Part shown: positions 1 to 9,979 of the stretch, piece by piece | Layout: every line of letters begins with the position of its first letter | Position numbering within the stretch: position 1 is the first letter of the stretch | NCBI GenBank assembly: GCA_964596415.1 | Contig: CAZQSX010000005.1 | Location: 1-42,658 of the forward strand | Reading direction: 5' to 3' | DNA from: an uncultured Gammaproteobacteria bacterium | Lineage (GTDB): Bacteria > Patescibacteriota > Microgenomatia > Levybacterales > GWA1-39-11 | Length of the DNA stretch: 42,658 nt | The notes under the pieces: model-generated | The model's database searches: none | Told to the model about the DNA's origin: nothing | The model's input: only the letters and a program-made list of their open reading frames with translations | Position numbers and translations under genes: made by a program

Positions 1-744
1 AAGAATGGGTCAGTATATTTTGATATTCATTCGTTTAAAACGTATGGTGCGTTATCTAAATATACGAATGAGCAAATGCTTTTTATTTCCAGAGAAAGAG
101 GAAATAATCCGGATGATCCAAATAAAAAAAGTCCATTAGACTTTGTTTTATGGTTTGGAGATGAGAAAAATCCAAATTGGGAAAGTCCGTGGGGAAGAGG
201 AAGACCTGGTTGGCACATAGAGTGCAGTACCATGATTGACTCAATTCTTGGATCAAGAATAGATATTCATGGTGGAGGGAGAGATCTTATATACCCTCAT
301 CATGAGAGTGAGATTGCTCAGAGCGAGTCAGCAAGCGGAAAGTCTCCCTTTGTTAATGTGTGGATGCATACCTCAATGGTTCTTTGTGAGGGTGAAAAAA
401 TGAGTAAATCACTAGGGAATTTAGTTTTAGTTTCAGATCTTCTAAAGAAATATTCACCTTTTGCAATTCGATATTTGCTTTTGTCTCATCATTATAGAAA
501 CCCTTGGGAATTCGAAGAATTTGATTTGAACCAAATTGAAATGAAAGTTACTAGGATAAAAAATCAGCTTAAGAATACTGACAACAATACACAAGATGAA
601 ATTAATGTGCGAAAATTTGAAGAGATAATGGAAGATGATTTGAATACCCCTTTTGTTTTAGGGTTTATTGATGAGTTGATTTCAGAGGAGAAACTGGGTG
701 ATACACGGAAGATCTTTGAATTGTTAGGGTTTAGCTTTGATTAA
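1..744 (+). CDS. cysS: cysteine--tRNA ligase, C-terminal ~248 codons (5' end outside the window)
   Basis: Frame 1 is open from base 1 (KNGSVYFDIHSFKTYGALS...) and runs into ORF 76..744. Class I aaRS signatures GRPGWHIECS and KMSKSLGN. Stop TAA 742-744. Confidence 0.9.
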   Translation, partial: KNGSVYFDIHSFKTYGALSKYTNEQMLFISRERGNNPDDPNKKSPLDFVLWFGDEKNPNWESPWGRGRPGWHIECSTMIDSILGSRIDIHGGGRDLIYPHHESEIAQSESASGKSPFVNVWMHTSMVLCEGEKMSKSLGNLVLVSDLLKKYSPFAIRYLLLSHHYRNPWEFEEFDLNQIEMKVTRIKNQLKNTDNNTQDEINVRKFEEIMEDDLNTPFVLGFIDELISEEKLGDTRKIFELLGFSFD

Positions 745-1186
745 GTCTTTCACGAACGAAACCACTTACCAGGGAGCTGTCTGCTTTCCCTTTCACTTTT
801 GGCATAAGCACTCCCATAACTTTCCCCATTTCCTGTATTGAGCTTGCTCCAGTTTGATCGATGGCTTCTGAAACAAGTTTTCTAACCTCATCTTCGCTCA
901 TTTGTTCTGGAAGATAGCTTTGAAGGATTTTCATTTCCTGTTTTTCTTTTTCAGCAAGTTCTGGTCTTCCACCTTTTTCATATAAGTCTATTGCCTCACG
1001 TCTTTTCTTCACTTCTTTTGAGATAACATCTAAAATTTCTTCATCTGTCGCGCTATAACCAGCTCCACCTTTTTGGATTTCAAAATATTGAATTGCAGAT
1101 TTTAACATTCTGATAACGGATAATTTTTGCTCATCATGAGCAATCATTGCCGCTTTTAAGTCTTCTTGTAATTTTTCTTGTAGCAT
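731..1186 (-). CDS. yqeY: GatB/YqeY domain-containing protein
   Basis: 151 aa. The N-terminus LQEDLKAAMIAHDEQKLSVIRMLKSAI and ...VMGVLMPKVKGKAD are typical of stand-alone YqeY proteins. TATAAT on the minus strand (1193-1198) lies 6 nt before the ATG. Confidence 0.8.
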   Translation of the reverse strand: MLQEKLQEDLKAAMIAHDEQKLSVIRMLKSAIQYFEIQKGGAGYSATDEEILDVISKEVKKRREAIDLYEKGGRPELAEKEKQEMKILQSYLPEQMSEDEVRKLVSEAIDQTGASSIQEMGKVMGVLMPKVKGKADSSLVSGFVRERLNQS

Positions 1187-1204
1187 GTCTATATTATAAC
1201 GCAG

Positions 1205-2575
1205 TTATATGGATTCTCCAACTTCTTTTATATGTTTCAAAAGATATTCCCGGTCGTTAAGTTCTAGATTCTCATCAACTTCTTCGAAAAGTTTTTGTAA
1301 AACCTTTCCAACCTTTGGTCCTGGTTTGATTTGTAAAATTTCCATGACATCTGTTCCGCTTACTTTTAAATCATTGATTGAAAACGGTGGATTTAGTTCT
1401 GAAACCATTCTTTCCTTAAACTTTTTAAGCCTCCATGATTCGGCTGTCTGAGTTCCTCCCCCGAGCCTATCCCCAATTCTTAAATCCATCATGTCTTTTA
1501 CGTTCTCAACTCCTACTCGTCTTATGAACCTTCTAATTGCACTGTCAGTAATATGTTCATCAACAGTAAACATGTGCCAGCGAATTAATGTTACAATTCT
1601 ATCTCTATCTTTTTTCGACAGTCGTAGCCTGTCTGCTATCTGTCTTGCAATTTTTGCTCCTGCAACTTCATGATTATAAAAAATTACGTACCCTTCTTCA
1701 TCTTTATTCATAACATTTGGTTTCCCAACGTCATGGAGAAGTGTTGCAAGCCTTACGATTGGGTCAGTTGTTGGCGTGTGTTTTAATGAAAGCATATTAT
1801 GGGTAAAAACATCAGTTGTGTGATGTCTTCCTGGACGCTGCTGTGACACTCCTTTTCCGCTCGATAATTCTGGAAGAATGATATCTAAAATTCCAGTTGC
1901 GTCAAGCAACATGATGCCCTCATATGGATTATCAGATGCAAGTATTTTTATAAGCTCATCTCTAATTCTTTCACCGGAAACATGAGATATAAGACTTGCA
2001 TCTTCTACTATTGCTTTCATAGTTTCTTTTTCAATAGAAAAGGAAAGCTGAGTTGCAAATCTTATAGCACGCATAAGCCTAAGTGCATCCTCTTTAAATC
2101 GTTCATTAGGATTTCCAACGGCTTTTATAATTTTTTTTGATAAATCCTTTTGTCCTTCAAATGGATCAATAAAAACAAGTTCATTTTCTATTTTTAATGC
2201 GATGGCGTTAATAGTAAAATCCCGTCTTTCTAAATCTTCATGAATTGTTTTTCCCCAAGAGACAGACTCAGGTCTTCTATGGTCTTTATAGGAGGACTCT
2301 GTTCTGTATGTGGTAATTTCTACAACGTCTTTATGTTCTGTTTCTTCAACTCCTTTAAGGGGAATACCAACTGTTCCAAAAGAGTTATCATAAAAAGAAT
2401 CAGGAAAGACTGCTTGAATTTCTTCAGGGGTAGCGCTTGTTGTGAGATCCCAATCTTTTGGCTCAATTCCTAGAAGTAGGTTTCTTACACAACCCCCCAC
2501 TAGAAACACTTCAAACCCTGCATTTTCTAATCTTTTATAAATTTCTAAAACCTGAGGCTTTATTTTTTCTTTCAT
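1205..2575 (-). CDS. cca: CCA-adding tRNA nucleotidyltransferase with HD domain
   Basis: 456 aa. Pol-beta nucleotidyltransferase head GGCVRNLLLG...DWDLTT and HD motif LLHDVGK. Neither tRNA gene in the window encodes CCA. Confidence 0.8.
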   Translation of the reverse strand: MKEKIKPQVLEIYKRLENAGFEVFLVGGCVRNLLLGIEPKDWDLTTSATPEEIQAVFPDSFYDNSFGTVGIPLKGVEETEHKDVVEITTYRTESSYKDHRRPESVSWGKTIHEDLERRDFTINAIALKIENELVFIDPFEGQKDLSKKIIKAVGNPNERFKEDALRLMRAIRFATQLSFSIEKETMKAIVEDASLISHVSGERIRDELIKILASDNPYEGIMLLDATGILDIILPELSSGKGVSQQRPGRHHTTDVFTHNMLSLKHTPTTDPIVRLATLLHDVGKPNVMNKDEEGYVIFYNHEVAGAKIARQIADRLRLSKKDRDRIVTLIRWHMFTVDEHITDSAIRRFIRRVGVENVKDMMDLRIGDRLGGGTQTAESWRLKKFKERMVSELNPPFSINDLKVSGTDVMEILQIKPGPKVGKVLQKLFEEVDENLELNDREYLLKHIKEVGESI

Positions 2576-2646
2576 ATGGTATTATTGAGTATAATTTCTA
2601 ATTACCAATTTACAATTTTCATTTTCTCAATTAATAAGAGTATAGC

Positions 2647-4290
2647 ATGAAGATCTTTAAAATATTAAACAAAGAAAGACCAGACACAACAAAAAGAATA
2701 TTTAATATCCTTCTTGAAAATAGGGGAATTAAAACAAAAAAAGAGGTGGATGAATTTTTAGATCCTCAAATTGAAAAAGTAACTGTTAAAAATGTCGGGA
2801 TTGATGTTTCAGAAATAAAAAAAGCGCTCGAATTAATAAAAAAAACTATTCAAGAAAATAAAGCGATAATAATTTTTGGAGATTATGACGTAGATGGAAT
2901 AACTGGCACGGCAATTCTTTGGGAGACAATTTTTTCATTTTATAAAAACGTACATCCTTATATACCTCATAGAATGGATGAGGGATACGGTCTTTCAATA
3001 AAAGGCATAAAGAATCTGCAAGCAATTGTTAAAGATATTGGATTAATTATTACGGTGGATAATGGAATTGTAGCCGGCAAAGCAGTAGAGTATGCTAAGT
3101 CGAATGGGATACAAGTGGTAATTACAGATCATCATACCCCTGGGGATATACTTCCTGATGCGGATGCAATTATTCACACAACTAGTCTTTGTGGTGCAGG
3201 AGTGGGCTATTTATTTTCAACAACTATTCGATCAGCGTTTCAGCTCTCAGAAGATGTTTCACGTATAGAACTTGTTGCTTTGGCAACTGTTGCAGATTTG
3301 GTTCCCTTAAATGCCTATAATCGAACATTATTAAAATTTGGTCTTGAGAAACTTCGAAATACAAATCGTGTGGGACTTCTTGCACTGTTTGAGGAAGCTA
3401 GGATCAATAAATTAGACATAGATACGTATCACATTGGGCATATGATTGCTCCCCGGCTTAACGCAAGCGGTAGGATATCTCACGCAATGGACGGTTTACG
3501 ACTAATTTGCACTACAAACAAAGTTAGGGCAAAAAAACTTGCAATGATTCTTGAAGGGATTAATAAAGAAAGGCAGGCTCTTACATTTTCATCAGCAGAA
3601 GACGCAAAACAACACGTAAAAGATATAGGAAATATTGTTATTGCAGAAAGCTCTGAATATGAGCAAGGGGTCGTGGGACTTATTGCATCAAGGTTGGTTG
3701 AGGAGTTTTATAGACCATCACTTGCGATTTCAATTGGGCAAGAAATCTCAAAAGGATCTGCTAGGTCTATACCAGGAGTAAATATAATTGAGTTGATCCG
3801 GTCCTGTCCCGATTATTTAATAGAAGCAGGTGGTCATCCTATGGCTGCAGGATTTAGTATGAAAACAATAAATCTTGATTCTTTTAAAAAAGCAATTGTA
3901 AAAGCTTCAGAAAAAATAGAAAAAAAATTGTTTGTGAAAGAGTTAAAAATTGATCTTGAAATTGAATTTGGGCAGATAACATTAGAGTTATATGATTTGG
4001 TAAAAAAACTTGCACCATTTGGAATGGGAAATCCAGTTCCTGTTTTTATGACTAAAAAAGTGCAGGTATTAAGTCTAAAAAAGGTTGGTAAGCAAGAAGA
4101 TCACTTGCAAATGTTTCTTGGGAAAGATGGAGTTGAGTTTAAAGGAATTCTTTTTAATCATATAAAAAAACAAACACTTTCAGTAGGAGATATAATTGAT
4201 GTGATTTATACTATTGAACAAAACATTTGGAAAGATAAAAAAACAATCGAATTAAAAGTAAAGGATTTTAAAAATAATTTACTTTCCTGA
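2647..4290 (+). CDS. recJ: single-stranded-DNA-specific exonuclease RecJ
   Basis: 547 aa. DHH family motifs DYDVDGITG, VITDHHTP, GGHPMAAG. Confidence 0.9.
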   Translation: MKIFKILNKERPDTTKRIFNILLENRGIKTKKEVDEFLDPQIEKVTVKNVGIDVSEIKKALELIKKTIQENKAIIIFGDYDVDGITGTAILWETIFSFYKNVHPYIPHRMDEGYGLSIKGIKNLQAIVKDIGLIITVDNGIVAGKAVEYAKSNGIQVVITDHHTPGDILPDADAIIHTTSLCGAGVGYLFSTTIRSAFQLSEDVSRIELVALATVADLVPLNAYNRTLLKFGLEKLRNTNRVGLLALFEEARINKLDIDTYHIGHMIAPRLNASGRISHAMDGLRLICTTNKVRAKKLAMILEGINKERQALTFSSAEDAKQHVKDIGNIVIAESSEYEQGVVGLIASRLVEEFYRPSLAISIGQEISKGSARSIPGVNIIELIRSCPDYLIEAGGHPMAAGFSMKTINLDSFKKAIVKASEKIEKKLFVKELKIDLEIEFGQITLELYDLVKKLAPFGMGNPVPVFMTKKVQVLSLKKVGKQEDHLQMFLGKDGVEFKGILFNHIKKQTLSVGDIIDVIYTIEQNIWKDKKTIELKVKDFKNNLLS

Positions 4291-4629
4291 GCCTTTTCTT
4301 AAATCTGATATTTTCGTGCCAAAAGGAACAGAATGTCCGTTTACTTTAGGCTCTAATCCGCTAGGTGTTTCAACTAATTCTGCTTTTACTCCTGGCGCAA
4401 TGTTTGCCGCGTGGACAACATTAGGTTTTTTTCTCACCTCACTAGGGGGTAGTCCTGCTTCTTTGGCTAAGTTTCTTGCGATTTTGTTTGAAGGATCAAT
4501 GACATACTTTATTTGGTTTCCTACTGGCGCTGCGATTACGCGTTTTCCTGTGCTAGTCGACATTCCTGCAACGCTATCAATAATTTCTTGTGCTTTTTCT
4601 GAAGCTCTTATTCTTGATTCTTCATTCAT
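4279..4629 (-). CDS. hypothetical protein (116 aa from the SD-preceded ATG)
   Basis: ORF 4279..4695. The start at 4629 is preferred because GGAG (4638-4641, minus strand) lies 8 nt upstream. Earlier in-frame ATGs sit inside hairpin sequence. No recognisable family. Confidence 0.5.
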   Translation of the reverse strand: MNEESRIRASEKAQEIIDSVAGMSTSTGKRVIAAPVGNQIKYVIDPSNKIARNLAKEAGLPPSEVRKKPNVVHAANIAPGVKAELVETPSGLEPKVNGHSVPFGTKISDLRKGSGK

Positions 4630-4654
4630 GTTTTTTTCTCCATTCATAAAATAA

Positions 4655-4695
4655 AAAACTCCCATTTCTGGGAGTTTTGAAAACACTGTTTTCAA
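4655..4695 (-). other. two adjacent hairpins in the 5' leader of the 4279..4629 gene; the proximal one is terminator-shaped
   Basis: Minus strand reads TTGAAAACA-G-TGTTTTCAA (4695-4677), then AAAACTCCCA-GAAA-TGGGAGTTTT (4678-4655), followed by TTATTTT. Confidence 0.4.
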
Positions 4696-4777
4696 ACCCC
4701 CTATATAGGGAGGGTCACAAACTTATTAATAGAAATTGCACGTACCATAAAGTAAATAATACAGAAGTAGGCGCTAC

Positions 4778-4806
4778 TTGTCAAGCGAGTGAGATCAGGA
4801 TAGAAT
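4778..4806 (+). promoter_or_regulatory. sigma70-like promoter of aspS (TTGTCA-17-TAGAAT)
   Basis: TTGTCA at 4778-4783, a 17-nt spacer, TAGAAT at 4801-4806, ATG at 4813 (6-nt gap, no SD). Confidence 0.6.
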
Positions 4807-4812
4807 ACACAT

Positions 4813-6177
4813 ATGGAAGAAAAACCAATAATTAGTGTAAATGAATGCTTGCTGCACGTGGGGGAAGAAGTTATTTTGCAGTGTTGGGTGCAGGTTTTAA
4901 GAGTTCATGGAAAAATTGCCTTTATGGATTTGCGGGATGGAAGTGGAATTATTCAAGTCGGTGCATTTACTCCAGAGCTTGCTGATGTTTTTGCAGGATT
5001 TTCTGTTCAAGATGTCGTTGAGATAAAAGGACTTGTTAAAAAACGTGAAGAAAGATATATCAATAAAAAGCTTCCACTTGGAGAAATTGAAATAGAAGCA
5101 AAAGAGGCAAAGCTTATTACAAAATCTGATGAAATGCCATTTGACATGGCGGGCAAAGACTTGGTTTTAGAACTTCCAACATTACTTGATTATAGGAGTT
5201 TAACACTCAGACACCCAAAGGTTTTTTCTATTTTTAAAGTTCAGGAAGTGGTAGTTGATTCTTTTAGGAATTATTTTAAAGAAAAAGGTTTTACTGAATT
5301 TCAATCACCGGTTATTATTCCCCAAGCAGCAGAAGGAGGAGCAGAGGTTTTTGAGGTTGATTATTTTGGTCATAAGGCATTTCTTTCACAAAGTCCTCAG
5401 TTTTATAAACAGATATTAGTTGGAGTTTTTGGGAAAGTTTTTTCAGTGAATAAAACACTTCGGGCTGAACCATCTATTACCACAAGACATTTGGCTGAAG
5501 TTACAACGCTTGATACGGAATTTGGATTCATTCAGTCTTGGACGGACGTTTTAGATGTTGCAGAAAACGCAATTAAGAAAATAACTGAAGAAGTAGAAGA
5601 AAAGTGCCCATACGAATTGTCTTTATTTAAGGTTTCACCGCTGGAGATACAGAATAAAATTCCTAGATTGAAATTGAGGGAAGCACAGCAAATTATTTTT
5701 GACAGAACAGGTAGGGATAATAGAAATGAGCCCGACTTGACACCTGAGGATGAGCGCGAGATAGGAAGGTGGGCGAAGGAAGATAAAGGTTCAGATTTTA
5801 TTTTCATAACACACTATCCTGTTGAAAAACGTCCTTTTTATACTTATGAAGATCCTGAAGATCCAGGATACACATTAAGTGCGGATCTTCTTTTCAGGGG
5901 GATAGAAATTATGACTGGTGGTCAAAGGATTCATGACTTGAAGATTTTAGAGCAAAATGCTAAAAAAAGAGGAATAGATCTTAAGAAGAGTGAGTTGTAT
6001 TTTCAAGCCTTTAAGTATGCATTGCCACCAGAGGGTGGATTTTCATTTGGATCAGAACGAATTGTTATGCAACTTTTGAACCTACAAAATATAAGAGAAG
6101 CTTCATTATTTCCAAGAGATATGGAACGTGTAGATGCACGCTTTGCTGTCATTGAAAAAACAAATACAAAAGATTAA
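4813..6177 (+). CDS. aspS: aspartate--tRNA ligase, archaeal/eukaryotic-type class II
   Basis: 454 aa. N-terminal OB fold (FMDLRDGSGIIQV), motif 2 RAEPSITTRHLAE, GGQRIHD, motif 3 GGFSFGSERIVM. AsnRS is not fully excluded by eye. Confidence 0.75.
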   Translation: MEEKPIISVNECLLHVGEEVILQCWVQVLRVHGKIAFMDLRDGSGIIQVGAFTPELADVFAGFSVQDVVEIKGLVKKREERYINKKLPLGEIEIEAKEAKLITKSDEMPFDMAGKDLVLELPTLLDYRSLTLRHPKVFSIFKVQEVVVDSFRNYFKEKGFTEFQSPVIIPQAAEGGAEVFEVDYFGHKAFLSQSPQFYKQILVGVFGKVFSVNKTLRAEPSITTRHLAEVTTLDTEFGFIQSWTDVLDVAENAIKKITEEVEEKCPYELSLFKVSPLEIQNKIPRLKLREAQQIIFDRTGRDNRNEPDLTPEDEREIGRWAKEDKGSDFIFITHYPVEKRPFYTYEDPEDPGYTLSADLLFRGIEIMTGGQRIHDLKILEQNAKKRGIDLKKSELYFQAFKYALPPEGGFSFGSERIVMQLLNLQNIREASLFPRDMERVDARFAVIEKTNTKD

Positions 6178-7102
6178 AAGTGCCTCTTTTTTAAAGAAAA
6201 AATCTTTACTACTTACAATAGGAATATTTTTTGTTATCTTAAATTGTATTCTTTTTGCTGTTTTTCTCTATTTAATTTCTGCAATTAATTCTCAAAAACT
6301 TGCAAAGATTCCTGGGATTTCTGAAAATATCTCATTTTCCTATTTCAAAAAAAGACCAGATTTACTTTCAACCTCCAAAGCGCTTGTGATTTATGACGCA
6401 ACCCACAATAATGTACTACTTTCTAAAAATGAAAATCTTCGTTTTTCTCCGGCTTCAACAGCAAAGATAATGGCAGCACTTGTTGCGCTTGAACATTACA
6501 AAGATGAGGATGTTTTAATATACACAACCCAGCTTGTGAATGCAGATAGTTCAAGAATGGGTTTATACATTGGAGAACGTATGACGTTTAAAAATCTTCT
6601 TTATGGGATGATGCTTCCATCTGGAAATGATGCAGCAATGTTGCTTGCTGTAAGTTATCCGGGTGGAGAAAGCGCATTTGTTAAGCGTATGAATGAGAAA
6701 GGAAAAGAAATAGGGCTAAAAAATACTCAATTTGTAGATCCTGCTGGGTATGCTGATGAAAATTATTCTTCAGGGTATGATTTAGCGCTTCTTGGTGCGT
6801 ATGCTCTCAGAAATAATGAGTTGGCAAATGTTGTAAAAACAAAAGAGATAACTGTTTTTGATGCTAGCGGAAACATACCACATACTTTAAAAAATCTTAA
6901 CGAATTACTTCTTATACCAGGTGTGAATGGGGTAAAAACAGGATTCACCAATGAAGCAGAGGGAGTTTTAGTGAGCGCATTTTTACATAATGGTACGCAA
7001 TATGTGATTGTAGTTCTGAGAAGTAAAGATAGGTTTTTAGACACACGGGATCTTATCACAGGAATTATAGATGATTTAAAAGATGAATCTTTTTCATTTT
7101 AG
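6134..7102 (+). CDS. serine-type D-Ala-D-Ala carboxypeptidase (peptidase S11-like)
   Basis: 322 aa. N-terminal TM segment, SxxK (SPASTAKIM), SxN (SGND), KTG (VKTGFT). The ATG at 6134 overlaps aspS by 44 nt, so the true start may be a downstream non-ATG codon. Confidence 0.75.
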   Translation: MHALLSLKKQIQKIKSASFLKKKSLLLTIGIFFVILNCILFAVFLYLISAINSQKLAKIPGISENISFSYFKKRPDLLSTSKALVIYDATHNNVLLSKNENLRFSPASTAKIMAALVALEHYKDEDVLIYTTQLVNADSSRMGLYIGERMTFKNLLYGMMLPSGNDAAMLLAVSYPGGESAFVKRMNEKGKEIGLKNTQFVDPAGYADENYSSGYDLALLGAYALRNNELANVVKTKEITVFDASGNIPHTLKNLNELLLIPGVNGVKTGFTNEAEGVLVSAFLHNGTQYVIVVLRSKDRFLDTRDLITGIIDDLKDESFSF

Positions 7103-7104
7103 AT

Positions 7105-8127
7105 TTACTGAGGAATAGCTTGAATATACGCTTCAAAATCATTTTTTCCTTTGAATACGAATATTGGCATAAGATATTTTTGTTCAGATGAATTATCTAT
7201 ATAATATCCAAGACTAATATCTGTAATATCAACGATCTCATCCGTAGTTGGGTTTACTATAAATCCTTTTCCACTTTTTAATTCTTCATATGCTTGATTT
7301 GTTGATTTTAAAGGATATGTTGATGATTCATTAAGATTTGGAACTTTATGAATATAAGAAGCATCAATAACTTCTACTTTGCCATTTATAAACGAAAGAT
7401 AAAAATAAAGTGTTGAGTCTTGAAAAACTGGATAATAAATAGGAAGCTTATCAACCGGGTTTTGTTTTAGGATTACTTTTGTTGATTGTTTAGGTTGGAA
7501 AGAATCTCCTGGTAAAAATGCTCCGTTTACTATGGAATAATCTATTGTTGAGATGTTTTCAGGACTAATATCATCTGAGTTTGCTCCGAGCGTATCAATA
7601 ATACTTAAAGTATTTTCAATTGCATTTGCTGGAGTAAGCGTTTGACCAGTTGAAAAAATTGGATCTCCCGAAAGATTAGATGAGATTGTAAAATCATGAG
7701 AAATGATATTCATTTTAAGAATGCTTTGTGTACTAAAATGCGTCCATGAGTAAGTTGACGTCGTTTCAGCTTTTTGGTTTTCGGAAAAACCTGCATTAAA
7801 CGCGTTGTCACGAGCAGTTTTTAGCGCAGTTATGCTTGCATCATTTTGAATAATAGGATATACGCGAATTCTGTCTGAAAACGTAGGGAGTTGACCTGAA
7901 ATAGTATTTATTCTGTACTCAGGTGTAGGTGATGACGTTTCTGGAAATGCAATTTCTGTAAGTTCTCCAAACTTTTGCTCAGGAGGCGGTGGAGGAGTTG
8001 GGAAGAATACTTTTTGTATAAATGCTCCTCCTTGAAAAAAGAGAAAAATAATTATTCCTACTACCAGTAAAGCACCAATTATTTTAGAACTGAGCCTAAT
8101 TTCTTTTGTTATTTGGGCAAGTGACAT
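7105..8127 (-). CDS. hypothetical membrane-anchored exported protein
   Basis: 340 aa. One N-terminal TM helix followed by a PPPPPE linker. No family recognised. TATACT (minus strand, 8139-8144) lies 11 nt before the ATG. Confidence 0.55.
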   Translation of the reverse strand: MSLAQITKEIRLSSKIIGALLVVGIIIFLFFQGGAFIQKVFFPTPPPPPEQKFGELTEIAFPETSSPTPEYRINTISGQLPTFSDRIRVYPIIQNDASITALKTARDNAFNAGFSENQKAETTSTYSWTHFSTQSILKMNIISHDFTISSNLSGDPIFSTGQTLTPANAIENTLSIIDTLGANSDDISPENISTIDYSIVNGAFLPGDSFQPKQSTKVILKQNPVDKLPIYYPVFQDSTLYFYLSFINGKVEVIDASYIHKVPNLNESSTYPLKSTNQAYEELKSGKGFIVNPTTDEIVDITDISLGYYIDNSSEQKYLMPIFVFKGKNDFEAYIQAIPQ

Positions 8128-8162
8128 GGATAATATTGAGTATAGGTTAAAATTTGGGTAAA

Positions 8163-9386
8163 ATGCAAGGTATGGTTAAAGTTAGATTTGCTCCAAGTCC
8201 CACGGGAATACCCCATGTCGGAAATATTCGGACTGCATTGTTTGATTATTTTTTTGCCAAAGCAAATAATGGAGAATTCATTTTAAGAATTGAGGATACA
8301 GATCAGGCAAGGAAAATGGAAGGAGCAATAGAAAAAATTGAAGACTCACTTTTATGGCTTGGTGCTTCTTGGCATGAAAAAGTTATTCAATCTGAACGAC
8401 TTTCTGAATATAAAAAATATGCAGAGCAGTTGGTGGATGCTGGTCAAGCAAGAGAAGAAGATGGTGCAATAAGATTTATAGCTCTGAAGACTGGCATAAC
8501 GTCATGGACAGATTTAGTTGGTGATAAAACGGTTACGTTTGAAAATAAAGATATTGAGGATTTTATAATTCTCAAAAAAGATGGATATCCCACTTATCAT
8601 TTAGCAAATGTGGTTGATGATTATTTGACGCATGTAACCCATGTTATACGAGGTGAAGATTGGATTCCTTCAACACCAAAACATATTATGCTTTATGAAG
8701 CGTTTGGATGGGATCATCCTGAGTTTGCCCATGTTCCAAATGTGTTAGGAATTGATGGAAAAAAACTTTCAAAAAGAAAGGGTGCAAAATCTGTATTGGA
8801 TTATAAATCAGAAGGGATTCTTCCAGAGGCATTACTCAATTATCTTATGCTTTTGGGTTGGTCGCCTAAAAATGACCGGGAAATTTTATCTAAAGAAGAG
8901 ATTGAAAAAGAATTTAATTTTAAAAATGTACATTCTGCCCCTGCGGTATTTGATGAGAAAAAATTATTATGGATGAATGGGGAATATATAAGAAGTCTAA
9001 GTAGGGAGGTTTTAGCAGAAAAGCTTATTGAGTTTGATCCAAAACTTTCTCAGATTCCAAATTTTGAAAAATACGTACCACTGGCACAAACAAGAATAAA
9101 GACACTTACCGAATTTAAGGAGCTCATTAGTGACAATATGAACGTTTCATATTCTGAAGATCAAAAAAAACTAGCAAAACGGCTAATTTCAGATTTTCAA
9201 ACTATCTCCTCTTGGGATAAAGAACAAATAGCAGAAGTGACGCTTTTAGCAAGAGATGATTTAGGATTTAAGACAAAAGATGTATTTGTGGTTCTTTCTG
9301 GAAAACCTCAAGGTATGCCTTTTCAGGAGAAATTAATAATTGATGGAAAAGAGAAGACGCTAGAATTTTTGAAGTCGCACTTATGA
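8163..9386 (+). CDS. gltX: glutamate--tRNA ligase (compact form)
   Basis: RFAPSPTGIPHVGN (HIGH region) and KLSKRKG (KMSKS). Candidate starts are TTG 8154, ATG 8163 and ATG 8172. 8163 was chosen because TAAAAT (8148-8153) lies 9 nt upstream. Confidence 0.85.
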   Translation: MQGMVKVRFAPSPTGIPHVGNIRTALFDYFFAKANNGEFILRIEDTDQARKMEGAIEKIEDSLLWLGASWHEKVIQSERLSEYKKYAEQLVDAGQAREEDGAIRFIALKTGITSWTDLVGDKTVTFENKDIEDFIILKKDGYPTYHLANVVDDYLTHVTHVIRGEDWIPSTPKHIMLYEAFGWDHPEFAHVPNVLGIDGKKLSKRKGAKSVLDYKSEGILPEALLNYLMLLGWSPKNDREILSKEEIEKEFNFKNVHSAPAVFDEKKLLWMNGEYIRSLSREVLAEKLIEFDPKLSQIPNFEKYVPLAQTRIKTLTEFKELISDNMNVSYSEDQKKLAKRLISDFQTISSWDKEQIAEVTLLARDDLGFKTKDVFVVLSGKPQGMPFQEKLIIDGKEKTLEFLKSHL

Positions 9387-9979
9387 TAAATCTTGCTGCC
9401 CAGATTATTTCAATTATATTTCATCCCGCAGTTTTATCTGTTGTTACCCCAGCGCTTCTCATTATATATATCCCACGGGACGTTCCGTATTCACTATATT
9501 GGATTTTTTATCCATTATTTTTTGTTGTGGTTGTTACAGTATTTACCCTTTATGGGATAAAAATGAAATTATTTTCAGATTTTGATGTTACAAAAAGAAA
9601 AGAGCGCGGTCCGTTTTACGCGTTTGTAATTATTTTAACTGTTATTTATATTTCTCTCTTACTTTTATTAAATGGTCCAAAATCTTTAGTTATTTTAGGA
9701 TTGGGCGTATTAATTGGCGCAATTATTTTAGAGGTTATTAATAAAAGACTTAAGGCAAGCGTTCATGTTGCCGCAGTAGCTGCATTTATGTGTACACTAG
9801 CGCTTTTATTTGGGGGATTGTTTTTACTTCTTCCGATTCTTATCCCAATTGTTGCATGGTCACGAATTCATATGAATCGTCACACGCTTTCTGAGGCAGT
9901 GATAGGAGGAATTATAGGAACATCAATTACGTTAATTTTATTTCTTGTGATAGAATACATACTATATCTATATGGTTGA
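9383..9979 (+). CDS. PAP2-like integral membrane phosphatase (putative)
   Basis: 198 aa polytopic protein. SRIHMNRHTLSE fits the PAP2 C3 motif SRx5Hx3(D/E). The weaker candidates KRKERGP and ASVH may be C1 and C2. The ATGA overlap with the gltX stop suggests translational coupling. Confidence 0.5.
   Translation: MINLAAQIISIIFHPAVLSVVTPALLIIYIPRDVPYSLYWIFYPLFFVVVVTVFTLYGIKMKLFSDFDVTKRKERGPFYAFVIILTVIYISLLLLLNGPKSLVILGLGVLIGAIILEVINKRLKASVHVAAVAAFMCTLALLFGGLFLLLPILIPIVAWSRIHMNRHTLSEAVIGGIIGTSITLILFLVIEYILYLYG

Noticed and set aside
4316-4654. 112-aa plus-strand ORF antisense to the 4279..4629 gene
   Set aside because: It has no start signals. Its composition (Phe/Ser/Leu/Thr-rich) is typical of an antisense shadow of a Lys/Glu-rich gene, and the minus-strand ORF has GGAG plus ATG.
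4696-8162. T-box or other riboswitch leaders upstream of aspS and gltX
   Set aside because: The -10 boxes lie 6-9 nt from the start codons, and the upstream spacers (117 and 26-35 nt, shared with divergent genes) are too short for a T-box leader.
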